A DNA stretch of 64,000 nt, from the NCBI GenBank assembly GCA_051942205.1, contig JAVECO010000046.1, forward strand, positions 62,001 to 126,000. The letters are read 5' to 3'. The position numbers were made by a program, and so were the translations under genes. How positions within the stretch are numbered: position 1 is the stretch's first letter; the number at the start of each line of letters is the position of its first letter. This stretch comes from Coniocarpon cinnabarinum. Taxonomy: Eukaryota. This document shows positions 22,570 to 35,471 of the stretch, in pieces. Under the pieces are notes generated by a model that saw nothing but the letters and a program-made list of their open reading frames with translations, was not told the DNA's origin and made no database searches.

Positions 22570-23991
22570 TCATGGCTTCTTGTATTGTTCGCCCGCGAAC
22601 ACCTTTTTGATGTATCCCAACATGAAATCCTTGCCCTTAACTTGACGCACAGCTATGCCAGGCATGCCCAATCCTTTGAATGCTCCAACGCCGTTCTTGC
22701 TGCCAACTGGAACAAGTTGCGTCTCGCTTTCGTCACTTCGATGCTGTTTCTCTGTTTTTCTGACGCCAAGGTCCATGGCAAGATTGTTGCCGAGCACGGG
22801 CGTGGCTTTGTAAAGATCCAAGACGCCCCCGCGAGTGTATGCGCCGACGTCGCCCAAGACGTATACACGCTCTCCAGCTTGGTCGACTCGAAGCGTATCT
22901 GGCGAATGGGAGGACCCAGAGCCGTCGTTGGATGCTGACTTGACATAGCCACGTTCGTCTTTGAGCTCTGCAGGAAGGTAGCTGGTGTTCGGCTTTGCGC
23001 CGATGGCTGGGATATACACGTCTGCGCTGATGGTTTCACTGTTGCTCAGTGTGACCGTTGTCTTGCCCTCTTCATTCGCGTCAAAGTCCACCTTCGTCAC
23101 CTTCTCGCCATATTTCACTTCCACGCCTACTTTCTCCAAATATTTGGCGGCTTTCTTTGACAACTTCTCTGAGAGGACTGGGAGTAGTTTCGTGGATCCA
23201 GCGATGAGGGTGATCTTGACTTTAGCTTTTTTGAGAGAAGAGTTGTTCCCATTCAGAGCCTCACCAACTTCGCCGGCTGTCTCCACTCCGATCGGGCCAC
23301 CCCCTGCGATGATCACAGAGGAAGCGCGAGCCAGGCGTTTGTTCATGTCTTCGAGTGCTCTCTGGGTCTCTGTGTGGGTTCCGTGAAGCGATGTGGCAGC
23401 GGTGGGGGTTGTCGTGCCAGTTGCGATGATAAGAGCGTGGTACGGGATACTCTCAACTAGCCCAGGGTCGTTTGCCTCAGCACCTCCTGTATCTTCATTC
23501 ATGTCCTTTATATTCACCTTCCGACTTTCTAGATCGATGAACGTTGGCTGCGCCTGCTTGATGTCGAGAATGTCCTTATCCGAGCCGTACTGCTTAAATC
23601 CGTCTGCGAGTGGGAAGAAGACTTTATCGTGCTGCATAAGTTTCGTGGACACCAGCGCGCGTGGAGCTGATATGTGCCACCAAAAATGAGTGGATTGGTC
23701 TATAAGGACGAGTCGATATGAGAACGATTGGTCGCTCTTGAGGCTGGGATAGATGTGGCGCATGAAGTAGTGGGCCGCCGAAAGCCCGGCAAAGCCCGCG
23801 CCCAGAATGACAATGTTGCGAACATTTGTGGGCACCGCAGGAGTTTGAGCGGGTGATGGTGGCTGATCAAAATCTTGACCGGATGTTGGAGCCGCAGCGA
23901 TGTTTTGGGACTCAGAGGCGGTAGCTACTGGCTGGTTTGAAGCGCTCGAGTCCCTTGTAGCCAGGTCTTCTTCTGCCAATGCAGAGCTCAT
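22570..23991 (-). CDS. AMID/AIF-like FAD/NAD(P)-dependent pyridine nucleotide-disulfide oxidoreductase
   Basis: IVILGAGFAG, LIIATG, IIAGGGPIGVETAGE and VYVLGD motifs. Confidence 0.88.
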   Translation of the reverse strand: MSSALAEEDLATRDSSASNQPVATASESQNIAAAPTSGQDFDQPPSPAQTPAVPTNVRNIVILGAGFAGLSAAHYFMRHIYPSLKSDQSFSYRLVLIDQSTHFWWHISAPRALVSTKLMQHDKVFFPLADGFKQYGSDKDILDIKQAQPTFIDLESRKVNIKDMNEDTGGAEANDPGLVESIPYHALIIATGTTTPTAATSLHGTHTETQRALEDMNKRLARASSVIIAGGGPIGVETAGEVGEALNGNNSSLKKAKVKITLIAGSTKLLPVLSEKLSKKAAKYLEKVGVEVKYGEKVTKVDFDANEEGKTTVTLSNSETISADVYIPAIGAKPNTSYLPAELKDERGYVKSASNDGSGSSHSPDTLRVDQAGERVYVLGDVGAYTRGGVLDLYKATPVLGNNLAMDLGVRKTEKQHRSDESETQLVPVGSKNGVGAFKGLGMPGIAVRQVKGKDFMLGYIKKVFAGEQYKKP

Positions 23992-24586
23992 CTCGACAGT
24001 TCTAAAAGCAAGTTAAAGAGCTTCAGGGACTGGGCTGTGCTTTTGCTTGACAGGAATTAGTAAATCTCTCTCAAATGGAAAGATACGCTGTGCGTCGCGA
24101 ATGCTGCAAAATCATGAGGGTAGTTCGAAGCTGAAAGATTTGCAGCAACGAATGTTAGGACAGATGAGAAATGCTTATGAGAGCAAAGAAAGACAGCGAG
24201 GGCAGGAGTATGCTGCTGAGAAACGCAAGATCCACCGAAAGTTAGAGACGTGGAAGATCGGCGTCAGGAAGCATGGAGCGTAGGCTTGGTGCTGGCCGTC
24301 CATTGGCTGACCCGATACAAGGTTCCGACTTCCGACGGTGACTTGCGCGGAAAGCGTCCGCGTTCTCCGTCATCCCAACTGACCGTAAAATGAGTTGGTT
24401 TGAGGCTGTTGGGTTGATCCGGGTTTAGCGCGTTTGGAGGAGCATATTTGACGTGCATGCGCAAGCAGCTCTCAGAGAAGATCAGATCCATCCTGAGCCG
24501 CGAAACAAAAGTTGAGAGCGGGTCAGCTCCCTGAGCGTTGAGTTTCAATCCACGCAGAGGGTGGCAGACCGTCAGGAACGTTCCGC

Positions 24587-25487
24587 TCAAGCCAGCAGTG
24601 GTCGCGTCTCACCATCCTCACAATCAACAGACTGAGCCTTGACCCCTGGCTCTCGGTACAAAACGTGATGCTGCCACAGGTAGATGACCGAGAAGAGCAG
24701 ACCTACATTTCCTAATCCAAGCTTCGCTGAATTGCCCGTGATACCCGACCAGTCATTGTCTACTTTGGAGTCTACAACGAGCTGAGCAAGTGACAAAATA
24801 GAGCCTCCAAGGTCCATGTATACAGCTGACATAGCGAAGCCTCGGGTCGACTTGCGTTTGTAGAAGTAGCGGACTTGCGGAGCATATTTGACAATTGTCA
24901 CAAGTACTTTGATGTTGCCAAAAGCGTAGACCTGGGCCACATAAGCACGAGTTTCACATTGTAATAATGTTCCGAGAGTGACTCACAACATCAAGCCAAG
25001 CGCGGTGATGTTGGGTCGGCGATGCTGGATGCCCGCCCAGAGCCGTCCATAGTATGTTGCCGGACAAGTATGCTACACAGCCAGTGCAGATCGCCAGCAT
25101 CGACCAGCTTGGTCGCTGCCACGCATCCTCTTTGAAACGCCAAAGTCGTGGCAGGAATTGACTCAACACGATGATCTCGATGCAAACAGCGTGTGCGCCA
25201 TATACAAAATCGTTGGATTGAACTGCGGGCTTATGCCCGTGGTGTCTGTCAGCGTATTGCGCTTGTATTATTGGTGAATACAACAGAGCCGAAGCGTAAA
25301 CGGTGTAACATGTCAATCCCAAAGTGTTTGCAACTGGGAAATCAGGTGAAAGTCCTTGCGTGCTTTTCTGTTTGAAGTTCTTCCACACTTGTGGATAGAA
25401 GGATATGGACCACAGCAAGAAATAAATCCATCCCATCAACATGGACAAAGCTCGAGCGAATGACTCGCCTTCCGTTTGATGGAGCAT
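24587..25487 (-). CDS. Cystinosin / PQ-loop lysosomal-vacuolar cystine transporter (2 exons)
   Basis: GWIYFLLWSISFYPQVWKNF and KYAPQV PQ-loops; NDFVYGAHA; GNSAKLGLG; C-terminal ETRPLL dileucine-like sorting signal; one GTGAGT..CAG intron. Confidence 0.9.
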
Positions 25488-26272
25488 TTTGGATCTCCGC
25501 CAATGCCCCAATAAAGCGAAGGACTCTTGCCAACAGGCTCGGCAAAAGCTGGATACACAGATGGTATGTCGTTTTTCATACTCGAGTCTCTCGGGACAGG
25601 TGACCAGCGCGCAAGGCCAGCACGCATGATTGCATCAGCAACACCGAGCGCATGTCGGTATCATCGCTCGCATCAGCTGATGCGAGATGCACAGCAGAGA
25701 TGGGATAGAAGCCAATGCAGGAAATTCCGTGCGTCATAAAAGTGAGAAAATGGTTGTGCTTGGATGCGCCGCCATCACGAAGGCATAGAATAGTAAGAGT
25801 GGAAATTCACGTGATGTTGCTTGTAACCCTCATTCAACTTTGCCAAGAACGGCGCGTGGTGATAAGATGACGTACCTCGGTATTGGTACTGATCTCTGCA
25901 TCATAATAAACATCTTGTAGCATCAACCTGAAGACTTGAAGCCATCACTTTGGTCCCTGGAGTGCGAGACTCCTACCGCGCCGCAGATATGTCTGGATCT
26001 GGTTTTTGCGCGCAAGCTGAGATCTTGGAGCGACGTATGACTTCTAGAGAGCCTTCATCTGTTCGCTTCGCAATTGATTCGACTTGCCTGATCAAGTCTA
26101 GGAAGTAGATCCGGTCCTTCGTCTCCCGGTTCTCCACAAACCTACCATGCATGGCGACAGATTTGCCGGCACCGATCCGGTTTCCGAATGGAGAAAAACG
26201 ACACTTTAGATCGTGGCCTGCCAGAGAGTGCATGTATCCCCTTCACATGTGCTCCGTAAGCTCTGTAACACC

Positions 26273-27989
26273 ATGCTGTCCTGTTGTCTTGCACTTTCTT
26301 GTTCCCTAATTGTATTGGCAAGTGCTCAGAGTAGCATAGGCCCGCAGGTAAAAGTCTTGAACGGTACACTCCAGGGCACTTCATCTGCAGAATGGCAACA
26401 GGACTTTTTTCTGGGCATTCCGTATGCCCAGCCACCCATAGGTGAACTCCGCTTCAGGGCACCACAATCCATCAACACTTCGTACGGAGACACTTACGAC
26501 GCAAGTAATTATGGTTATAGCTGCTATCAATATGGAAGCAACTTCAATCTAAGTGAGGATTGTCTGACACTCAACGTTGTCCGACCTCAAGGTTTCGAAA
26601 ACCAAAGCCTTCCGGTGCTGCTATGGATCTATGGCGGTGGTTTGACGAGCGGTAGCTCGGCTGACCCACAGTACAACATCTCCGGCATTATAAACACATC
26701 TACCACAACGGACAATCCATTCATTGGGGTGTCGATTAACTATCGCCTGGGGGTATGGGGTTTTCTTGCTACGCCTCTGATCTTAGCAGAGGGCTCTTCT
26801 AATGCTGGACTGCTTGATCAACGGCTTGCTCTGCAATGGGTTCAAGAAAACATCGCTGCGTTCGGTGGCGATCCAAAGAGGGTCACGGTGTGGGGAGAAA
26901 GTAAGTGTTGCAATCTTCTGCTTCGAGTACCTAACTCACCTTTTTTGACAAGGTGCCGGAGCTCAGTCTATTGGCTTACACTTGCATTCCTATGGGGGAC
27001 GTGATGATGGACTATACTCTGCTGCTATCCTAGAGTCCGGTGGTCCAGTCGGAACAAACCTTGAGCCGCTGCCCTTTTACAACGTCGCTGCAGAGAACCT
27101 TACGCGAACGGTCGGCTGCCCTACGACCTGGACGAATCCTGCAAGTCTTGTGTGCTTACGAAGTATTTCCCCTGAGCAGCTCTTCAACTCTCGCTACACT
27201 GTTGTCTGGAATCCAATAGTAGACGGCAATTTTCTCACTGACTATCCCAGTAATCTCGCAGCTAGAGGACAATTTGTCCACGTGCCACTCTTGACTGGCG
27301 CGAACACGGATGAAGGTATCAGCTTCGACGTATCCACTGCGAACGGAGCCAATACAACACAGGATTTGTTTAACGCCCTAACGTATTGGCGTAACTATGC
27401 GCTCACACCGCCAAGTATCAACACTATTCTCGATCTGTATCCAGACATTCCATCCATCGATCCTCCATATGCAGATACGACTAACAACACGTACGCTTCA
27501 GCCTCAAGGGGTACCGAGTACCGTCGTGGCGCCGCCATCGGTGGGGACATTGTCATCATTGGACAGCGCCGAAAGACCGCTCAAGAATTTGTCAATGGCA
27601 GTGTTTCGGATGTATACTCGTACCGCTTCGACACTCCGTACTGGAACGCGTCCGCGATACAAACACCAGTGGCCGTCTATCATTTTGTGAACGTGGTGTT
27701 TTCTTTCCAGAACATTAGTGGAGCTCTTGGTCCATTACCACAAAATCAAAATTACAAAGAGCTCAGCTTAAGTATTGGCAAAGCATATGCGAACTTTGTC
27801 GGTACGCATAACCCCAACGCTATTGACAACGCTGGCAATTCTACAGGCTTACCGACGTGGCCTCGGTATACTATCGATCAGCCTACTAATATGGTGCTCA
27901 ACGCTAACAGCAGCTTCATTGAAGCTGATACATTTCGACAAGCGGGTATCGCGTTTATTAATTCTATTAGTCTAGAACTGTTAGGTTGA
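26273..27989 (+). CDS. Secreted type-B carboxylesterase/lipase (2 exons)
   Basis: Signal peptide; FLGIPYAQPP; SEDCLTLNV; WIYGGG; GESAG split by intron 26901-26952; TDEG acid residue; His in VYHFVNV. Confidence 0.93.
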
Positions 27990-28530
27990 CATCTCAGCAT
28001 TGACGGTGAGGCAACCTGCAGTAACCTTTGTCTTTATCCGTCGCACCACGAGCCACGGACCTATCACTTTGAAGCCTGGAATTTGATCATTTCCGCTTAC
28101 GTCATCTCCACTTCTGTTTGCGTGCGTCAAAGAGATGTGCAATCTGCTAGAACAGTCAATGAAATACAAACCATTCTGAAAATCTGTGTTATTTCATTAT
28201 TCTCGTATGTCTCTGGCATGCTTCTGTACTTGCCCTTGCTCCATCAGTCCACTGCCCCCCAAAGAAACAAGGAGTGTCGGCGCAGTATCCTAGCGTGAGC
28301 ACAACAGTCTGTGAGGACACAAATTCGCTCTTGTGCAAGAGACTCGCATTCTCATACGGCGCATCTTTCTAGCTCGACGGAGGCAAAAGGCGTTGCGTCG
28401 ACGATTTGCTTATTTCTATTGATCTACTCCGTTTCAGCTCGTTCACAAAGCACCGTTCTTTGCCGATCAACAATACCTATCCGCTTGACCTATTTCCGCA
28501 AGACGACACAGGCGTAACCTTCACACCAAC

Positions 28531-29151
28531 ATGATGAGCATTATATCAAGGTTACCGAAGCGCCAAACAATTTTCAAATGGCTGGTTGGCATCATGTTTT
28601 TCAACCTCATCCTCTCTCAGCTCGAACAGCCTAAGACCACACTGCTAGATCGGCTAGCCTGCCGTCTCCACATCCACCCCTACAGCACCTGCTCCGGCGA
28701 ATTCATTCCCGACTCAGTCTATACGCAAAGAAACGTAGACACGTCGTGCTGCCATCGCATCACTCCTCAAGCTGCAGCCAGCGCCCGTCGCAAGGTCTAT
28801 GCCATTTCTCTGCTCTTGGACGACTACTTCAACGAGCGTCTACTGGAGTGCGAGCATTGTCAGCCTTTGATGGCCAAAATCGACAAGCAAGTCGACATTG
28901 TTAACGAGCAGCTCGAGAAGTCCCACCCTTTTCGGGGCCATTACCTTGTTTGGGATCTCTCTCATGGATGGTTCCGTCAGGGATGGGTGTACTGTCGTGA
29001 GCCGTCGTTGAAGACAGAAATAGAGCTGAAGACGAAGCTGGATCGTGTCCATGATCGGCTTGTGGTTACCAAGGGTAGCGATGCGAGTACTTTGGGGTTT
29101 GTTCAGGGTAGCTTGGAAGCTGTGAGCAAGATTTTGGAGAGCATAGAATAA
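28531..29151 (+). CDS. Hypothetical 206-aa protein with an N-terminal hydrophobic segment
   Basis: Single-exon ORF with good start context (CAACATG) and coding-like composition; no family recognised. Confidence 0.5.
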   Translation: MMSIISRLPKRQTIFKWLVGIMFFNLILSQLEQPKTTLLDRLACRLHIHPYSTCSGEFIPDSVYTQRNVDTSCCHRITPQAAASARRKVYAISLLLDDYFNERLLECEHCQPLMAKIDKQVDIVNEQLEKSHPFRGHYLVWDLSHGWFRQGWVYCREPSLKTEIELKTKLDRVHDRLVVTKGSDASTLGFVQGSLEAVSKILESIE

Positions 29152-29276
29152 ACAGCATCAAGCTCAACGATCGAAGGTCTTCCGCAAATGCCACAGAAAG
29201 GTTGACTAGAATAAGCTTGGCTCTTCGCACCGTCGGCAAATCTCTCCATTTAGCTTGTTTTGGGTACAGCCCACTA

Positions 29277-29302
29277 CTCTCTCTCTCTCTCTCTCTCTCT
29301 CT
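29277..29302. repeat. (CT)13 microsatellite
   Basis: Read directly from the sequence. Confidence 0.95.
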
Positions 29303-29828
29303 CCCCCTTTTTCTATCTCATCTTGGTACAGACATGTGCAAGTTATACGCGTGAGCACACAACTATCTCGTAACGCCAAACACCATATTGGAACATAAAA
29401 CCGCAAGCGTGCTTCGGAGCCGACGCGTGTGACATATGAGCATATGCAAACCGCTGCTGAACCTCACCGCCACGAGCAAGTTCCAACCGCCCTCACAAAG
29501 CTCGACCCAGTTTGGCAAACAAGACCGACCCAGAAACATGCACTATCCTAATCCTCTCTTATGCGTAGTTGGACTCGATGGCAAAACTTGATAGTGCCGG
29601 GAAAGCGAACACGAAATCCGGCAAACATGGTCAAACTGCTGATGCCTCTCTAACACCGCAAGAACACTGCCACAGTCCATCCATTAACTCGTTTGCCAAT
29701 GACGAAAGAGAGACAAACGTGGTCAGCAGGCAGCACGGCTTCATGACTCTAAATCATCAACCTCTGCACTCTTTTCATCACCATGCTTACCATCTCCCAC
29801 TCAACCAACGCCCTACGCTTCTCAACCT

Positions 29829-30194
29829 ATGGATACCGCCACCCCTCACAAACGCGTCTCCAATTCCCAGTCCTCGCAAGCTACTCAGGAAATCAACGAT
29901 CATCATTCGCACCAAACACCTGCAACCCCACATCACTACGACAAGTCCAAGTCAAAGCCCAAGTCCATACTTCGCTTAATCATGGAGGATCCCATCCTGC
30001 TCATCTTCATCCTCGCCGCACTCAACGCTATCATCCTCCTCAGTATCCTCGTGTTCGGACACGCAGAGTCTAGTCCACTCTATACGACGCTCATCGCTGC
30101 GTACGCGTGTCTCTCGGGGAGCTATGTCGTCTTGGTGCTTCTACTTCATCATTGGTTGAATTGTTCTCATCCGGATGCGTTTCCTGTGCGTTGA
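29829..30194 (+). CDS. Hypothetical small membrane protein (two hydrophobic helices)
   Basis: ILLIFILAALNAIILLSILVF and LIAAYACLSGSYVVLVLLL segments; start uncertain. Confidence 0.4.
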   Translation: MDTATPHKRVSNSQSSQATQEINDHHSHQTPATPHHYDKSKSKPKSILRLIMEDPILLIFILAALNAIILLSILVFGHAESSPLYTTLIAAYACLSGSYVVLVLLLHHWLNCSHPDAFPVR

Positions 30195-31185
30195 GAACGG
30201 ATCAGTGTTATGAAGGTTGTTCACTTATATGAGGGGAAGGGTTGGGATGCGGAGGTGGGTGAGCTGTTGGGGAGGGACGGGGTACGACGCAGGGCTGGGT
30301 AATGAAGATGGCTGTCATTAACGCGAAGACAGCTGTTATTGATGATGATGAGTGCATTTGATGCGGACACGATGTCAATTTCTATGATCACATGCTCCAC
30401 TTATCTCGATGTATCATCCGCGCCACCATTCTCCTAATGAATCGCCTTGCAGCTATCGTACACTCCTCTTCTCTTCTCACTCATGCCAGTTCGAAATCAT
30501 ACCTGCGACTTTACGTTCCTTCCGTGGAGAATTTGGGGTTTGATCGCGACACTAGCGAAGATCGCCAGGTCTACGTTTCTTGATCGGGACAGTGCGCTTC
30601 ATCGATACGTTCTTTCCTCTTCCCCTCAGCGATGTGCTCAGTGTCGCAGTTCTCACAACATAGAGAGTAAGCTTTCTTCAACGCCACGATGTCTTCGATG
30701 ATGGAATCAGCAGGGTAGCTTACCTAGCCTTTCCGGCAGTTCGTCTATGATGAGGTTGAATCGTTACGAACAGGAGTGATTAACAACAGAAGAACTGTGA
30801 ACAAGGGGAAGAACAAACACGGATACGAGTTAAATGAACTAACAAAAGGAATATCGTAGCAATCGACGAGCCTGCTTCGCTGTGCCATGGTGCTTGTACC
30901 TCTTATACCCTGCGAAAGCCGGCTGAAAGTCTGGTCAAGACATGACTGCTGCTGTGAATGATACATATTGTGACATGGTAATGATATAAACTCACATCTG
31001 TGACGCTATGCAACCGCAACGATGTATATATCTTACATTGAATGCCGCGCTGCCATCCAATCGGCTATGCAAATGACCCAAAGTGACGAATCCCTTCGAA
31101 GCACCGGCATGCTTACCTCACTGCTCGCTTTTCCTCTCCCTAGTCTCCAGTGATTCGGCCCTATTTCCATCTTGGATGAACGCAT

Positions 31186-33635
31186 TCAAACTTGCGGCCA
31201 TCTCTGCTTCATGCCTTCCATCCACTTGGCATGCATCATATCACTCAAGCGTCTGTTTTGATCGCTCAATCCCTGCGGGATCGCACTCGGCATTTCAGAC
31301 TGCCGTCTCGCCATCTTTGACGGACTTCGATCGATTGGCGTGACTTTGGACGGAGAGCGATCCAACGCAGGAACCTTGGACGGACTCCGGTCAAGCGCCG
31401 AAGCCTTCGAGGGAGTGCGTTCCAGAGCCTTGGAAGGGCTACGGTCCACAGCCAGGACTTTTGAAGGGCTTCGATCAAGTGCCGAGACTTTGGAAGGGCT
31501 ACGTTCGAGCTTGCTTGGATTTCTTGATGGCGCTGGACTAGCTGGCTCGCCCGTGGCACTAAGTAAGCTGACCTGACTGCTTTCGCGGCGTCGAGCGTGG
31601 CTCTGGAGATGCGGGTTGCTCTGCGCAAGCATAAGTTTGCTGCTTGGCTGTTTCTGCGGGGAGCCGTTCTCTTTGTTGGCAACGCGGGACGGCGCGGCTG
31701 ACGGCGTACGTGTAGGTGTAGGTTGTGAGCTTGCAGTGGAGGAGAGTCGACTTGGGGTTTGCGGCTGGCGGGCTGGCAAGACAGCTGTTGAGACTTTGGG
31801 CTCCGCCTGGAGTCTTTCTGCGATGGCCCTGAAGAAAGCTGCACCGCCCTCAGGGTCAATGGCATCGAGCTTGCTCCATGCAAGCCCTACCATCGCCAGA
31901 GCTTCCCGGCTGCTGCTAGACGCAGTAAATGCGTATGTGGATTGAAATGCTGGGTCCACAATCTTTGCGAAGATTTTGCGTCCAAGCTTGGCTTCTTTGC
32001 TGGTCGCTTCGGCCGGTGGTGGAATGTTCTCGGAGTTGTCGTGGTGTGTGGGCATATCTTCTGCTACAGGAAAAGCTGACGCCGGACTCTGACGCTCCTC
32101 AGATACACGTCTGAATGGACGAACGGATGAAGGGCTATTGCCGAAGCTTGTGTCAACGGCCAGTGGCTCGCGCTTTCTGGCACTACTCTGACGGCGGACT
32201 GGTGAGGGAGATGGACTGGCGTTCGGCGAAGGTGATCCAGATGATGGTGTGGGGGGCATCAACATACTCTGCCTCCGTGAAGCAGTAGTAACCCTCCTTG
32301 CTGTCCCCGTAGCGGCTGCCGAGTGCCGCCGTTGTATGGTTCTGACCGTGTTCTGCGGTAGGGGCGTCATCTCCACCTTCTCAGGAGCCTTTTCGTTGTT
32401 AAGATCCAGCCTTTCCATCAACTCTGTCGGTGGTTCTTGAGAAGGAGTGGATGTTTGAGACAGCTTGCGCTTCTTCATGGTGTGGACTTGAGTTGGCTGA
32501 TGAGGCGGCGCCGATGGAGGTGGGAAAACCATCGACGGCTTGACTGTCTCAAAGACCCATTCATCATCTTCGCTTGGCCTGCTCATGTCTCTCATCGTCT
32601 CCTCATAGAACTTGGTGTCTTTCTTTTCTGGACTTCTTGCTCGCCGACGTTCGATGGCTTCAACCAGCTCCTTCAAGAGACTCGCACGTCCTGCTCTTTG
32701 AACGAAACGATGCTGCAGAAGCTCCCGTGCTGTTGGACGCTCATCTGCATCTTTGACCAGGCACGATGCGACAAAGTTTTTGAAGTCCCTGCTGAAGCGG
32801 CCTTCCAGCTTCGGTGCTGAGTTCTTGGGGATGTGGAAAAGGGCCTTCATTGGATGGAGATCAGCGTTTGGAGGTTCGCCGCTTACTAGTTCCATTGCAG
32901 TAATGCCCAGCGACCAGATGTCTGCTTTAAAGTCGTAGCCGTTCTCCTCTATCACCTCGGGTGCCATCCAATATGGTGTGCCGACGAATGTCATCCTTTG
33001 CGACTTCATGCTCGTCAATTGCGCCGCGACACCAAAGTCTGCAATCTTGACTCTGCCGCTGCCAGACAGGAGAATGTTGGCGGCCTTGATATCTCTGTGT
33101 ATCTTGCCCGTAGAGTGGAGATAATCCAAACCCGAAAGGAGTTCTCTGCATATGATTGCAATATGTGCTTCCGTAAACAAGCCTTCTTTTGCCTGCGTAT
33201 CAGTCAGTCTCAGAGTCATCATATGTCAAGGTGTCACCATACAATGTCCAAGCAAGATCCTCCACCTAGGAATTCCATAACGATCCATAATTTTACGCCT
33301 CGCACGAAGCTGGTCTTGTATTTTGTGACAAATGGACTTGAACATGTGCTGAGACAGCTGATTTCCTGCTGGATGTCGCGGATGTCGTCATCGGTGCCAT
33401 CCAGGTCAATCTATGAGCGGTGAGCGTGCATTGGCTTGATGGGGGCCGGCGTGATGTGCGGACATGTTTGATGGCGACCAGCTCGCCGGTGTTCCTCTCC
33501 CGAGCTTTGTAGACAACACCGAAGCTGCCGCCTGTGCCAAGGGTCAGCATCAGTTACTTTTGTGGGTCCCAGTAATCACATACTGCCCAGCTCCTCCATC
33601 ATCTCATAGGCCAGGGATGGATCGTCGAGATCCAT
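31186..33635 (-). CDS. sid1: STE20/GCK-family Ser/Thr kinase, Sid1-like (septation initiation network), 4 exons
   Basis: [27 protein letters not shown]...[60 protein letters not shown]. Sid1 orthology is inferred from resemblance only. Confidence 0.8.
31315..31503 (-). repeat. Coding minisatellite (24-30 nt units) encoding seven R-S/T-P-S-K repeats
   Basis: [65 protein letters not shown]. Confidence 0.92.
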
Positions 33636-34239
33636 GGTGGGCAGAATGGACCACTGTCCCCCGACGCAAGCGCAAAAGATACTAAGGGGACGAGGATAAA
33701 GATAGTCAATGTGTCTGCAGCTGCAAAGTGACACCCGAGCGGTGGCTGTCTAAGCGAACGAGAGGCGGCTATCTTCGAGCTCACCGCTAGCGAATCGGGT
33801 TGTTTAGCATCCGTTGCCAGTGCAACCAAGAACCACGTGACTTTGGAGGAAGAACAAGATTGAAAGCCTCACTGGCCTCTCTCTTCCCGCAAAAACACCC
33901 CTGCAAAGATTGGCAGCAAAGTTATAGTATCTTGAGGCCCTTTCCACCTGCTGCGCGAGCGCGAAGGCTCTGTTGAACCAGTCCAGTCCTGTGTCGGACC
34001 CTCTCAAGTCAACATAATGGACCGCAGTACATCAGGGCATCCACTAGAGGGTAGAATCTGAGGCAAAAGGACGAGGTAATTTGTCTCTCATAGAGGAAAA
34101 AGTCATCGTCAACATCCAATGGTGGCGTCAACATTCAGATGCATTGATGTGTGCAAATATTTGTCCACTTCACATGCGAGTCACCACATCCCTTCTCTGT
34201 TTTCTGCCATTCGCGACGAATCACTTCTTCTCCTTCGCT

Positions 34240-35133
34240 ATGGCGGATGACATAAACCCCGTTGAATCGTGTTTAAGTCAACAATGCGGGTCGCCTCCTG
34301 ATGTCACAGGACCTCCATCTTCTCTGTCCTCGTCTCCAAGCGCACGCTCACGCTCATCCTATTCACAAACAGTGAATCGAGTACAGAAGCTACGCAGACA
34401 TGATATTGCGACATTTGACCTCTGCGAAAGTTTCCTGCCAACGAGCGGCAGGATTGAAGACTATGGAGAGGCTCTTGACCTCATGGAGGAGCTTAGGGGT
34501 ACCTGAGTTTTTGCCATGAAATCATATCGATGTCTATGAGAAAGGAAGTCATCAACATCAATCCAAGGAGATGGATAGAAAGATTTTGGAATTCCGCTGG
34601 TGGGGAACAATGTTGCTACGATCCATTTTTGGATAAAATTCAGGAACATGAGAAGCTCGGCAGACTACCTGACGTCAAGTTCATGCAGCGGATCGTGGCA
34701 TTATCTTGCGAGTGCGTAGAGGACCGTGAGCTTGAAGCCGGCTGGAGGCCTGCTGTCCAGTACCCTGTCTTGACCACGGCCTGCGAGCTCTCTAGCTCTT
34801 ACCTATCGGTGAAAGCAAAAGCTGTGTATAATGTTCCAGTCCAATCTTGACAACATTCCACTCACTTCCTCGTCCTCATGGTCGCTCGCTGACATACCTC
34901 TTATATATACTACCAGCTCCTTTTGGTTCTTTTACGTTGCCACACAAGAAAGCGATCGCGGGGCGGTTCTTTGGGACTTGTCCAGCCATTGGTCAACAGA
35001 TAACGTACTTGACGTCTGCAAGCTCACCCGAGCTATTCAACGACTTGTGTATTGGACAACACATCGACACCGAAATTTGTTTGAGCAAATGCTAAACCTC
35101 AGCTCGAAGTACTTGCAAATATCTGTACTGTAG
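34240..35133 (+). pseudogene. Broken fungal PD-(D/E)XK nuclease-like gene
   Basis: Three consecutive ORFs with frame changes. CVEDRELEAGWRPAVQYPVLTTA and IPLIYTTSSFWFFYVAT...WSTDNVLDVCKLTRAIQRLVYW resemble the N- and C-terminal blocks of this family; the central D...ETK core is not seen. Confidence 0.55.
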
Positions 35134-35454
35134 CCTTAATATTGTGCACGGATAAAGGGAAAGACTACTTCAATGCGAAGCAGCAATAGATGGGTAGCTT
35201 TATGCGAACAAATGAAAAGTGCCTGTATGAACAAGTCTTTCTCGAACCGTTCTCTTTTGTCCGACAGCGTTTGTGGTTTTCAAATGCACCGAGTATGTTT
35301 CAACGAACTCGAAGTCGAAAAAGTATTTCTCATGTTCGCGCCGCCGTGCCGTGTCGAAATCATCTCACTCCGAGCTGACCATGGCAGGCGCGTATACTCT
35401 CTGCACGCTCTGTTAGCCGAAGAGAAAGGCAAAAAAGGCAGACTGCGAAAGAGC

Positions 35455-35460
35455 AAAAAA
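35455..35460 (-). terminator. RNA polymerase III oligo-T terminator of tRNA-Pro
   Basis: T6 on the minus strand, 11 nt downstream of the tRNA 3' end. Confidence 0.75.
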
Positions 35461-35471
35461 TGGGGGTAGTT

